From Eremomyces bilateralis CBS 781.70 (taxonomy: Eukaryota), in assembly GCA_010015585.1 (NCBI GenBank), contig ML975153.1: 64,000 nt of DNA. One strand, given 5' to 3'. Positions 25,092 to 36,259 of the stretch are shown in pieces (position 1 is the first letter of the stretch; each line of letters starts with the position of its first letter). A program made the translations under genes and the position numbers. The notes beneath the pieces were generated by a model. That model did not search any database, was not told the origin of the DNA, and saw nothing but the letters and a program-made list of their open reading frames with translations.

Positions 25092-26299
25092 ATCTCCGTC
25101 GTCAGTGGTAACTGAAGGTAACATGAAGCAAAGTAAATTCATCACAAAAGTCCAGGCCTCCAGAGCATCCTCAACCTCAACCGGGCCACTATTCTATCCC
25201 GTCTGACTTAGAGATTTCATAATACCGCAATTCCACCGCATTGCCATATTCGCCTTCCGGCCAATCCGTTAAAGGTCGTATTTCGTTATTAAGATGATGC
25301 AGATCCATTGAATACCGTCGCGGCTAACCCAGGATGGATCGGCGTTGAGGAACTATTTCTGGATGGAGTGGATATCCCTCCTGGTCTCCCGGCGTCCTGC
25401 CGTCCAAGCGGGATTTTGCGCTGGAGGGGATTGGTCTGGAAGGAAGCCTTAGGATGAATCCACCTGAATACCCCAATTGAGCACTGTAATGAACACAGAG
25501 GGGATGGGACGGTGCCATGTTTTCTTTTCATCCCGTACTGCTGGCACTGCTGTGACACCCGACGGTTACGTTACTGGCATGCTTTCTTCCCGGATGTTAA
25601 AATCTACTGACTTCATGTTTCCTTAATTCCTTTCCCCACCAATTCGTCGTTCGCTCAAGAGCCGGGTCTCGATTTTGCCTTCGTTTAGACTCTTAAGTCT
25701 CTAATTAACGACGCTCGCTCAATATCTATTATGGTGTAATCCAAGTCCAACGTCTTCCTGTGATTCTGCGGTTCACTTGCTTCTTGGTCTCCCATCTTCA
25801 CTCGCAGATCGCCGTTAGTGCACCAAAGATTGCTCGCTGCGCCCTGTGCCGTCCGATTTTTCTCGAGAAAACCTCAAAGGTCCCCTCTCTTAAATCCTGA
25901 TTGATCCTCTCTGGGGAACCCCATCAGATCCGTGGAAGCCGGTGGGGAAAAGTCGATTTGCCGTTCGGTTGGGGATTGAAGACATCGCAGACCTGAGTTC
26001 CATATCCTCATCCAATTCACTTGTGCCGTCGTGCTTCATTGAATCCGGAGATTACCTGAACAAGCAAGCCGTGGGCTACATCAGTACAACCTGCGGAATC
26101 TCTCACTACCCCTCCATACACACTCGCTTTACAATTCGGACCCAGATCTCGAGCAATTCACATATTTATCGCCTCCATGGAATAACGACTCTCTCTTTTC
26201 TACGACTTCCCTCCGATCCGGTATCGCCTCCTTGCCTACATCACCTGTCGCTAAAGCTTTCACCTCCACGCTTTCTTTCTTGTACCATATATTCCCACG

Positions 26300-27874
26300 A
26301 TGAGCGGGGAGTTTTTTAACAGTTGGCCCTTGTGGGCGAAAATGACATTCGTAAGTGATCCAAGGCACAATATATGTAGCTCCCAACCTTCAGACCCAAA
26401 CTAACTCTCATCGCAGGTTTTAGGATGTGCTATAGTATGTCGTCACCTTCATATCACTCAACAATCGTTCTAACCAGTACCTACCCAGGTTATCACATTC
26501 GCTATGGGATGTTTCAAGTTATGGCACAGCCATCGCAAGTTGAAGAAGTACGTTCTAGCCGATGAGAAAGAAGCCACGCCGGCTATGGTAGAAGCACAGG
26601 TATCGCTGGACACCGAATCAGAGGTTCCATTCGGGGTCCGGGCCTTGGAGAAGGGCATCGAGGTGGATGGAGTATGGATATCGCGGACAAATACTCCGAA
26701 CTCAAGCGCGCCTGGTAGTCCAAGGATATCGTTCGCCAAAGGCTCGCCAGTTCTCCTTCCGAATCTCGATCTCCCGTCGGTCTCTTCGAACGATTTTACC
26801 CTACTTGGATCGAAGCCCAGCAGTCCGTCGAGCTCCCGAGCTCCGAGCTATGTATTCGAACGCGCGGTTGGCGCAGAGCGGTTACCATCAAACCCGTCCT
26901 CCTCGACTTTAGCAGTTAATGTACCGGGCGACGGCGGTCGACAGTATTCTTCGAGATACGAGCCAGTTCCGACGAGTACGGCATCAATGAGAGACGCCGA
27001 ATCATCCCCAGAATCCGGGTCACCCACCGAAGACGATACCCGGGACCGGACCTCCGGCGGCAGCTCCCTAGGATCCGTAGAAGGCTCAACCTCCCAGGAA
27101 GACGATGCAACAACAGGAAAGGGCAAAGTTAAGGCCCAAAGACGTCCAAGAAATGAGAGAGCCAATCTCGATCTTCTCCACAGTCACCGACTCTCCCATG
27201 TCGCCGAAACTGGCCAGCTGACCCCACGGGTAAAGCGACCCGCCCTCGGCTCCGATCTTACAGGTGTCTCCGCAGACGGCGCTCGATTTCAGACCGCCGA
27301 ATACACCATGAACCGCCGAAGTGCCCCTTTGCCTCCCATGCTCCAGCTTGCGAATCGCAACTCTCTCCCTGACCACGCCGAGTCCCCCAAAGCGGATCGC
27401 AACGCGCTGAGCACCATCCCCGATGACACCATCATACCAGGCAGCGGAGCCTTCCAACCTCACCGCAACACACTCGCTTTCCTTCCACATGCGCCCTCCG
27501 AATCCGGACATCCGGCCGCCATCCCCCCATTCCCAGAGTTCGACCCTCCTCGCCGCCCCGACCCGCTTCCTTCACTACCGTCACCGACACAGAAGCCTGG
27601 CCTTGTCCACTCACACACCGAACCCATCCTCCCCGAGCAAGCGCACGCAAGGCCTGAATCTCAGGTATGGCGGAAGGTGAACTCCGGATTCGAGGTGCTG
27701 GCGCCCGGCTCGAAGCCGCGGATGTCGATCAACGTGGACGATGCACGGCTGGAGGACGACAATTACGAACCCAAGGAGAAAAGGCAATCCAAGCGGTTAC
27801 AGAAGAAGCGCCAGTCGCCCCCAGCCGATGGCATAGCACGGGTATCAAAGTTCGTGGAGGGAGGGTTGATATAG
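26300..27874 (+). CDS. Fungal single-TM protein with long Ser/Pro-rich tail; two short 5' exons
   Basis: Spliced N-terminus MSGEFFNSWPLWAKMTF|VLGCAI|VITFAMGCFKLW with canonical GT-AG introns, then EVPFGVRALEKGIEVDGVWISR, LHSHRLSHVAETGQL and RKVNSGFEVL. Confidence 0.75.
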
Positions 27875-28285
27875 AGGATACTTCTGAACACTTGGATGTT
27901 AGAGGAGGCAATTTTCCATCCGCCGTCTCGGCACGGTCAGGATATGTATTGGTTGGAGCATACTGGCGCAGATAGACGGATCGGAACTGGGATGGACATT
28001 GGACACTTGGAAACTGGAAAATGGAAGGGTTCTGTTTATAGGCGGAATAGGTTAGGTCGTGATTCGAACGGAGTCAACCACGTCCGTGGACGAATATCAC
28101 GATTGAGCGATCAGTAATTAGACGTAACTTCATCTTGACTGAATCTACATGAGAGAACCATAGGAATGACTTGATACAGTATTGAGATTCGAGGCGCAGT
28201 GTTGATATCTCACAGTTCAGACTTCCAGGCGTAAATCCAGGTCAGGTGATCAGGCGTCTTAGGTGGTCAGTGCACGCGCCCAGCG

Positions 28286-28323
28286 ACGCGTCTCAGCAAG
28301 AAAGAACCGCCACTCCTACGCGT
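28286..28323 (+). promoter_or_regulatory. Two MCB (MluI cell-cycle box, ACGCGT) elements upstream of RAD51
   Basis: ACGCGT at 28286-28291 and 28318-28323, 140-175 bp upstream of the ATG. MCB pairs are a known feature of fungal RAD51 promoters. Confidence 0.65.
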
Positions 28324-28461
28324 TTCTGCCTTGTCTTGTCGTCTGCAGATTTCCAGATTTCGCATCTCGCATCGGCTCGCTATTGTTTTCCATCCGTTGT
28401 GTCACCAAATTCCATTTAATCTGACTCCTCATTCTCGTTGTGCCTCTCTCAATTCGCTAAG

Positions 28462-29716
28462 ATGAGCGCTGAAGATTCTGGTGCCGTTGATGAGGGTATG
28501 GGGGGCCCAGGCGCGCCCACTCCTCTTAGCTCTCTAGAGGTTGGTTGATACTTGATGGATGATGTGCGAGGGGACATGTAGCATTGACATGAGTTACAGG
28601 GAATGAACGGAATTACGGCCCGAGACATCAAACTCATGGTTGATGCTGGCTATCATACAGTGGAATCCGTGGCATATACGTACGATCAGATCTTCCACTA
28701 GAAAGACATGCCACTGACAATAGATCACAGTCCTACCAGGGCCCTCGAACAGATCAAAGGTGTCTCAGAGCAGAAGGCACGAAAGTTTCTCGATGAAGGT
28801 AAGGCATCCTGGACTTACTTCATGGCCAACCGCTGACGATTCACAGTCACCAAGCTCGTCCCCATGGGCTTCACCACGGCCACCGACATGCACCAACGAC
28901 GGAGCGAGCTGATCTCTATCACGACCGGCTCGAAACAACTGGATACGTTGCTGGCCGGCGGCGTGGAGACCGGGTCCATCACCGAGATTTTCGGCGAGTT
29001 CCGGACGGGAAAGAGCCAGATCTGCCATACGCTCGCGGTGACGTGCCAGCTGCCATTCGACATGGGAGGAGGTGAAGGCAAATGCTTATACATCGATACC
29101 GAGGGCACCTTCAGGTAAGTCGTGGAAGCTCCACGTTCTACTCTAACCAAATTCTAACTCTGTCCTTTCTAGACCCGTTCGCCTGCTTGCCGTAGCCGCT
29201 CGGTATGGCCTCTCCGGGGAAGAAGTCCTCGACAACGTCGCCTACGCCCGCGCATACAACTCCGACCACCAACTCCAACTCCTCAGCCAAGCTGCGCAGA
29301 TGATGACCGAGACGCGCTTCGCGCTTCTAATCGTGGACTCCGCCACCTCGCTCTACCGGACGGACTTCAGCGGCCGTGGCGAGCTGTCCGCACGGCAGAT
29401 GCACATCGCCAAGTTCATGCGGATGCTGCAGCGCCTTGCGGATGAGTTTGGCATCGCGGTCGTGATTACGAATCAGGTGGTGGCGCAGGTCGATGGCGGG
29501 CCGAGCGCGATGTTTAACCCGGATCCGAAGAAGCCCATTGGGGGGAACATCATTGCGCACGCGAGCACGACGAGGTTGAGTCTGAAGAAGGGGAGGGGGG
29601 AGACGCGGATCTGTAAGATCTATGACAGTCCTTGCTTACCAGAGAGTGACTGCTTGTTCGCGATCAACGAGGATGGTATTGGGGATCCGAGTCCGAAGGA
29701 TTTGGAGAAGGATTAG
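28462..29716 (+). CDS. RAD51: DNA repair recombinase Rad51, multi-exon
   Basis: [71 protein letters not shown] and [17 protein letters not shown]. Confidence 0.98.
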
Positions 29717-29980
29717 ATAGAGAGGGATAACGTTGTAACGTTCTCGATGGGTCAAGGCGTTTCAGTGGCATGGTGAAATGGTGTTATGGGAGCCAACCAC
29801 AGATCAATTTAACGAAAGCTCAGAAACGAGCTCTCGTGGATCGTGTATCATTTTATGCGAATATCAATAGGTGCAATCACATATTATCGAACCTATCGTA
29901 TTGATTGCGCACGTTTTGATTTCTATAATAGCGAAATACAACCGTTCTTCTGATTTTGGCCCAGTGCATCCACTTCCATT

Positions 29981-32497
29981 TCAGGCACCTGGCTTCTTCC
30001 CCCTTGTCCTCTGAATCTTCTCCAGCTCCTCATCAATCTTCTTAAAACTCCAGGAATCCCAAAACGAAGGGTAGAGGAACGGCCGCAGATCAAACCGATT
30101 GTCGTCTGGGGAATAGTCATTGCAGTGCAGTGCTGGCGTGAGCGTCGTCATCTTATGCCGATTGATGGCATAGTAATGGAAGAAACGCTTCACCTTCTCC
30201 GCCACCTGCTCCGGCTCGTACCGACCGCCCCATTCGTGGACCAGGCGCTGAAACATCCCGAAGGGACCGAGTTTGTGGACCTTTCGCAGGCGACCGAATT
30301 CGGTCAATTCACCGTACGTCATGCCCATGTCCGCCTCGTCTGACTGCACGTAGTTCTCTGTGATCGGCTCCAGTTCGGCGGTGGGTGTGGCTGTTAAGAA
30401 ATCATGCAGGACAGGAATGCCGAAGCTCGTCTCCGCCCATGCCATGAAGCGCTTGAGGTCACTCTTATCGATGCCACCGATCGGATTGATATCAGCGGAC
30501 GAGCAGTCGTACTTTGTGAGATACCCACGGAGCGACTCTCCAACGTTCGCACTCCCTAGGACGAGGAGACTACCCCCTCCAGGACGGTTCCGAGTGGTCG
30601 GGAGGATCTGAGCGAATTCGTATGCCGTTACCATCCGCGATCGGGCCTGGATATTTTGTAACATAATGTTCTCGGCGGATGATCCGCCCTCGACCTTGAA
30701 TTTCGGTTCGAAGTTGAGGGCGTTTACCACCAGGTTTCTTTGCGCTTCGTAGACTTGGTCGATGTCAAGATCGACGTGGTATGAGCCAATGGCATCGGAT
30801 AGATCCTTGGCTCTCTGTCTCGTCTCCCTATATAAGAAGTTAGCAAAAGTGAAAAGATGGGGACACCGGCTCGACATACTCCGAACTTTGCTTAGACATG
30901 CCCATATATACAGTGTGGAAGAGCTGATTGCACAGCTCTTGCGGTGTCTCAGGCAGTTTGTCGGAATATCTTGCAACTCGCTTGACGTCCGCAATAACTT
31001 GCTCTTCCCCAGCCCTGATCGCATCCATGACAAGACTACACATGCCATAGACCATCGTTGATGTAGAGGCTGAATCAATCCCGCCTACCTTAATTTAGTG
31101 AAATACTCCGAACCACTTAAGGGGCATTGCGTACCTGATAGAGGACAAAGGTATCCCGCCGCACCACATCTCCTCAAATAATCCCACAGATAGCACCCGC
31201 CGACATATGCAATCTCTTCTTCAGGAGCGTGAAACCTTGGTTCAATCGCCGGACTTGGTCCAAGGCTGACATCCAGATCCGCCTGCTCAGAACTGAGCTC
31301 GAAGGGCGTCTCGATTCTATGATACTTCCTAGTCGACGTCGCTGCCTGCATGGCACGGGAGATGGTTGCCCGATTTGCGCGGACATCCTCAAGCTCAACG
31401 GTAGCGGTGATGACTTCTACATCTTTAAGGGAGAATTGCGACGCCTGCGCAACAACGTCGCCGTTGATGAAGATCATGGCACATCCATCGTAATACAGAC
31501 GGTCTCCATCGCATCCTCTTTGGTTGGCGTACAGGTAGACTCCGCCGCTCTTCCTCGTGGCTTCTTGGATAAGCTGAAGTCTCTGGTTCAGCTTGCGGAG
31601 TGTGAAATGGGAGCCACTGCTGTTAGTGATGATCTCTACGCCATCCAAGCACATGGGAATGTGAGGAGCATCTGGAGTGAAGAGCTCCTCACAGGTCTCT
31701 GCACCGAAGCAGGTATCCTGGTAGGTCGGTGTCAGCAAGATGACTCCGTCTGCGCCTTCGAACTGAACATAGTCTTACTGGCGTTGAGATTACAGCGTCG
31801 CCGAAGAGGACATGAGTCTCTCCTTGTAGCTTCTGGATTCGCCGCGGCAAGTAATATTGCTCATACTCTTGGGGCCTGAGCCAAGGGGTAAAGTGCCGCA
31901 TCTCCCGATACTGAACAACCTAATTAATCTTTTTGGTCGTCAAACTCCCTGAATCAAGACCTACGTTTCCATCTGCATAGCAATCATTAGCAGGTATTTT
32001 CTGCTTCCATTCCAACACCTCTTCACATACCGTTTGCAAGGACCATCTTTGGCCGAATGAAGAGGATCTTTCCATTCAGACAGATGATTCGACAGTTATA
32101 CCGAACGTTCCGGTGCTGGACTGGCATGCCAATGTCGAGCAGGATATCGAAGCAAGACTTGTCCTGGAGGATACACTCCATCTGCTCCCAGCAATGCAGA
32201 TAGAGGTCCTGTTCCAACAGGTGGTCGAGGCAGCCATATCTGAAGGACATCAGTGGACGAATCTCCAGGCATGGAATCATTCAGCAAGTTGCCATACCCG
32301 CAGACCTCCAGCTCAGGTCCAACACGTAGCCTTGCATTCCTGCTTTTGGCCTCTTGAATACTCTGGATGATTCTTTGCCGATTCCCTTCAAAGTCAAGAG
32401 CCTATTTCTGATATGAGTGTGGTTGTAACGTGAAAGAAAGTGGCTTACACACCCATTGATTCAGATTGCAAGTCGCTACTGTCACAAGGTGGCCCAT
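29981..32497 (-). CDS. QNS1: Glutamine-dependent NAD+ synthetase, many introns
   Basis: [77 protein letters not shown] and [12 protein letters not shown]. Confidence 0.96.
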
Positions 32498-32805
32498 GAC
32501 GCTGAATGGTATGCTTCTTCAACAGGAATTTTATTTCTTTGTCAGTAGTGGTTTATGAAAAGGGTTGGAATCTTCATGATGAGCTCATGTAATCAGTTAT
32601 ATGAAATTAATAAGGGTGGTGTGTGACAAACGGAAGGGATGTACCCAGTTTGCACAGCTCGTATTCCACCCGAATCGGCCCGGACACACCGAATGGGTAG
32701 CAGGTATGGGGGTGTATATATAGCACTTCCCGCAAAACAATAGCAATTGCTCCCTCCCCTCCAAACCAGTCGCTCTAGTGAACTGGTAAATTGAATTATC
32801 GAGTA

Positions 32806-32978
32806 CAGTCAACCACCGCTATAACGATTACCGCTACAGCGATATTCGCGTTATAGCGATAAGATTCCCTGCACGGTTTCTCAATCAATGCTGCCAAGAA
32901 AATTCATTTTAGCGATATCCGCGATATAACGATTGGATTCGCCTGTACGGATTCAATCGTTATAGCGAAGGTTGACTG
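32806..32978. mobile_element. 173-bp MITE, Tc1/mariner-pogo superfamily type
   Basis: TA|CAGTCAACCACCGCTATAACGATT ... AATCGTTATAGCGAAGGTTGACTG|TA: 24-bp terminal inverted repeats matching 22/24, flanking TA dinucleotides at 32804-5 and 32979-80, no ORF. Confidence 0.88.
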
Positions 32979-34675
32979 TATTCCATACGGAGAAACCGTT
33001 TCAAAAATTAGATACATTCTAAGTTAACCTGTTCTGATTTCCAAGCTTATCTAAGTGCCGAAGTACCAGTAGGTGTGTCAATGTCATAGAGTCGGTCTTA
33101 GTGCCGAATCCTAGGCAGGGTGAATGGGCAAGTGCCCAACTATGGGCTGGCTCACATCACCGTGTCGGAACAAGCACCGAACGAGTCACAATTCTGTACG
33201 ATGGTCGTTGTAGCAACCGCGGAGCGCAACTTACAAGGCGCCACCAGTAAATGAACGATCTCGTACCTAGAAATCAATCGCCTTTCCCATGTTACTAGGC
33301 CGCCGCTGCCGGTACGGCAAGCGCCACCCTCACGAACAATGCCAACATTTTCAAACACCAAGAGTGTTATCCTCATGTCGGATTGACCATCCAAGGCCAG
33401 AATCATGCTCTCAAATTTGGTCTCCAAAATTTTTCATGATAAATTAGTGAATTTTACATTCCCCGTTAGCGGTGCAGGCTCGCTCTGCAAGTCCCTGGTC
33501 GGTTAACGCTGTCGAAATATTTACTTGGGAATTATAAGCGACGGAGCACTATCTAGACGCTTGTTCTGACTGAGGGTTGCATGCCCAGCTCCACCACTAT
33601 GCCTAGGCTTTGACTGCGACAACACCCGCAGGGCCCAGAGCACATCAACTTTGATTAGAAGAGCAATCAGTATAGGCACTATCCTTTCAACTATCGTCAG
33701 GTGCCTTGACAATAGTAACGGGTGCAGAATGCGAGCCCCCTTCCTGTAGAAGTTTTGACGTTGTTGATCCCAGCTGTATGCAGTTCCTGACCGTTCTTGG
33801 CATGCCCTGTGGGTGAGAAATTGCAATCGAGAGTACTTGCGAACAAAATGGCCATCGCGGAGGAACAAACCCTTTGGAACATGGGAAGTTTTGCAAGCTG
33901 AAATGATCGCCGTTTAAGACTCACACTGACTGTAAGGACAATATTGACCTAGCAAGGATGCTTTTTGTGATTTAATGGATATGGAGACGCTTCTACATAC
34001 GCGGACTCTCTCTCTCCATCTATAATTTATGACGGCACGAGGGTTCCACATCTTCTGTGAACATTGGTGCACGAAGGAAGGACATGCCAGGAGCAACAAC
34101 TCCAGCGGTTGCCCTCGAATCCCATGTCTGGTGGGACCTAATCTGGGTATTCTGGGCGGTGCCCATGTACTACTGGTTTCAAGTGTCATGAATTCATGAT
34201 GGAATTGTCGACTAATAGCACAATATGCTTAATATATACGTATACCGCAAGATCTAATCTGAGGATCGTTCAAAACTGGCGAAGTGAGATTACAACTTAC
34301 AAATAATAAACGGTCAGGAGTCAGAACTTGGTTTGTTTCCACCGGTTTTGAACAGCTTTCAGATCGTGCGGTATGAGATCAACCCAGACAGACTTTTACG
34401 GACGTGGAAGGTATTTTTCACTGGTAGAATGATATATCTTTGGACGAAAAGTAGGAGAATTGATCTATCATTGCGTAGAAAACTTAGGCTGCCTTGGCAA
34501 ACTGAACCAAATCGGGTTGACAAAAAAAGGTTGAAGATTAGAAAATGAAAAGTATTCGAGAGATTTTCTTCCATAAGTGATGATATAAGTCCTCAATTAA
34601 GTACATTTCATAATTCATTCAGGACAGTAAACCCCGCCATACCCCTCATGAGATCCATATACCCTGAAAAACGAT

Positions 34676-34691
34676 AAAAAAAAATAAAAAA
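34676..34691 (-). terminator. RNA polymerase III oligo-dT terminator of the tRNA gene
   Basis: TTTTTTATTTTTTTTT on the minus strand begins 5 nt after the discriminator base. Confidence 0.8.
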
Positions 34692-34696
34692 TTCAA

Positions 34697-34832
34697 TGCC
34701 TCAATTCGGAGTTGAACCGAAGACCTTTGCATTTCTAGAGATACTAGTCTGTGATGTTTATTAGTGTCCATTTTATTCGTCTGCAGCTTGGGAGGAACAT
34801 ACGCAACGCTCTACCAACTGAGCTATTGAGGC
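34697..34832 (-). tRNA. tRNA-Thr(AGT) gene with a canonical 9-nt 37/38 intron (34733-34741) and a 54-nt spliceosomal-type insertion (34749-34802)
   Basis: Acceptor stem GCCTCAA/TTGAGGC + A73, D arm GCTC-AGTTGGTA-GAGC, T arm TTCGG-TTCAACT-CCGAA. After removing both insertions the anticodon arm is TTGCA-CTAGTAA-TGCAA. Confidence 0.88.
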
Positions 34833-36259
34833 AGTTGTCGGAACGATTTCCGCCAATGACTCCAGGTTCCCATTTCGATAGGTTTTTGCGTGAGTGGGGG
34901 TTTAACGAGAGCATGGCTTTCAGTTAATGACCCACCCACCCCATGAGACCTGTGTCGTCCAGGTGTTTGCTAAATCAATCATGAACTGCCTGGGGCATAT
35001 TCCTCGGGCTTTGGAGTGTTTAAACTCCAGGAGTCGCCCCGCTCCGAAGATGGACCCCGAGCGATTTTCAGGAGAGAAATACGGAAAACCCTAAAGCCCT
35101 AATGGCCTTCTCGGGAAAAATTACGGAAACGCGGGTGTCTGCAGATGCCCCTATGTCTAAGTTAGGCCAATGCTAATGATGTATTCAACGAACGAATTCC
35201 GTATCACGGTGGTGGTATTCCGCCGGATTTGGATAGGCCATGCTTCGGGGAGCAGCTGCAATTGCGTCAGCGACCAGTAGTACCAGACAGGATTGTGATA
35301 TCAGCGTTCGATCCCCCTGTTGCAGCAACATGCACCTTTGAATTGGCACACTCCGGTCTCAGTAACGGGAGGCAGTTTGGTCCAGACCATCCTCAGGGTC
35401 GTCGTTGACTTCGACGATGAAGTACAGAGTAGTCCGTGGCCGAAAGCTGCGAAATCCGCCATTTCTTTCACATTCTACCCTTCTAGCTTGCTAGATGTGA
35501 TCAAGGTCTCAATGGCTTATTATCCAAAGATATTTTGCAGGCGCTTCTAGCCTCAGTCCTCAGAGCATGTTACAGGCTTACAGCTCTCTGATCCATCGGT
35601 GGTGTTTTGACGTGACTGTACTTGAAATGACTCGAAAAAACACCGTTGACAATAAGACAGCAAGTGACTTTGCAAAACCCGGTGGCATCACATAAGTTCG
35701 TCACCAGCAAGGTTGGCGGTTAAGGGACTTCGGGCAGTGGATTCAAGATAAATGCAGCTGAGTAGGTCATATTTGATATTATGTAGTTAAAAACATTGTG
35801 AAGGCTACGGGAGCTAACGCTTCGATAACTGAATCAATAATACGCTAGCTGATACATATCGATTATCAAACCCCCTGAAACTAAGCAAGCATCTGGTGGT
35901 GATGTGTTGAAATCACTAGCTTGAAAGCAACTTCACAAAGCGAACGTGACGGCAATCTGTGTACTGCTGATTTATGCGACAGAAATCAGAAATGCAGAAT
36001 AGAATATCCTAACGATCAGATGGTGCCCCCCAAAAGCTTGAGTGGCTGGTGTGCTGGTCTTGTCCAGTTCGAGTTTCTAGAAGTCCTTGATGGTGCGTTT
36101 AACGATCAGTAGAGAAGACCAAATTTGATTGGTGCAGGTACCAAAGTCTCCAACAGCACTCGGAGAATTTACTACAATGAATTTGCCCCGACACTTCTTC
36201 TTCTAGATGACATATTTCTAGTCGATGGAAAAACTGAGAAGCAATAATACAGAGTCACC

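Noticed and set aside
34697..34832. Reading the tRNA as Thr(TGT) with one long 37/38 intron (TTGCG-TATGTT..)
   Set aside because: It would put A at invariant U33 and T at purine 37 and weaken the stem. The two-intron AGT model satisfies all conserved positions.
35087..35102. Telomere-like AACCCTAAAGCCCTAA
   Set aside because: Only two imperfect units, with no array or telomerase-template context.
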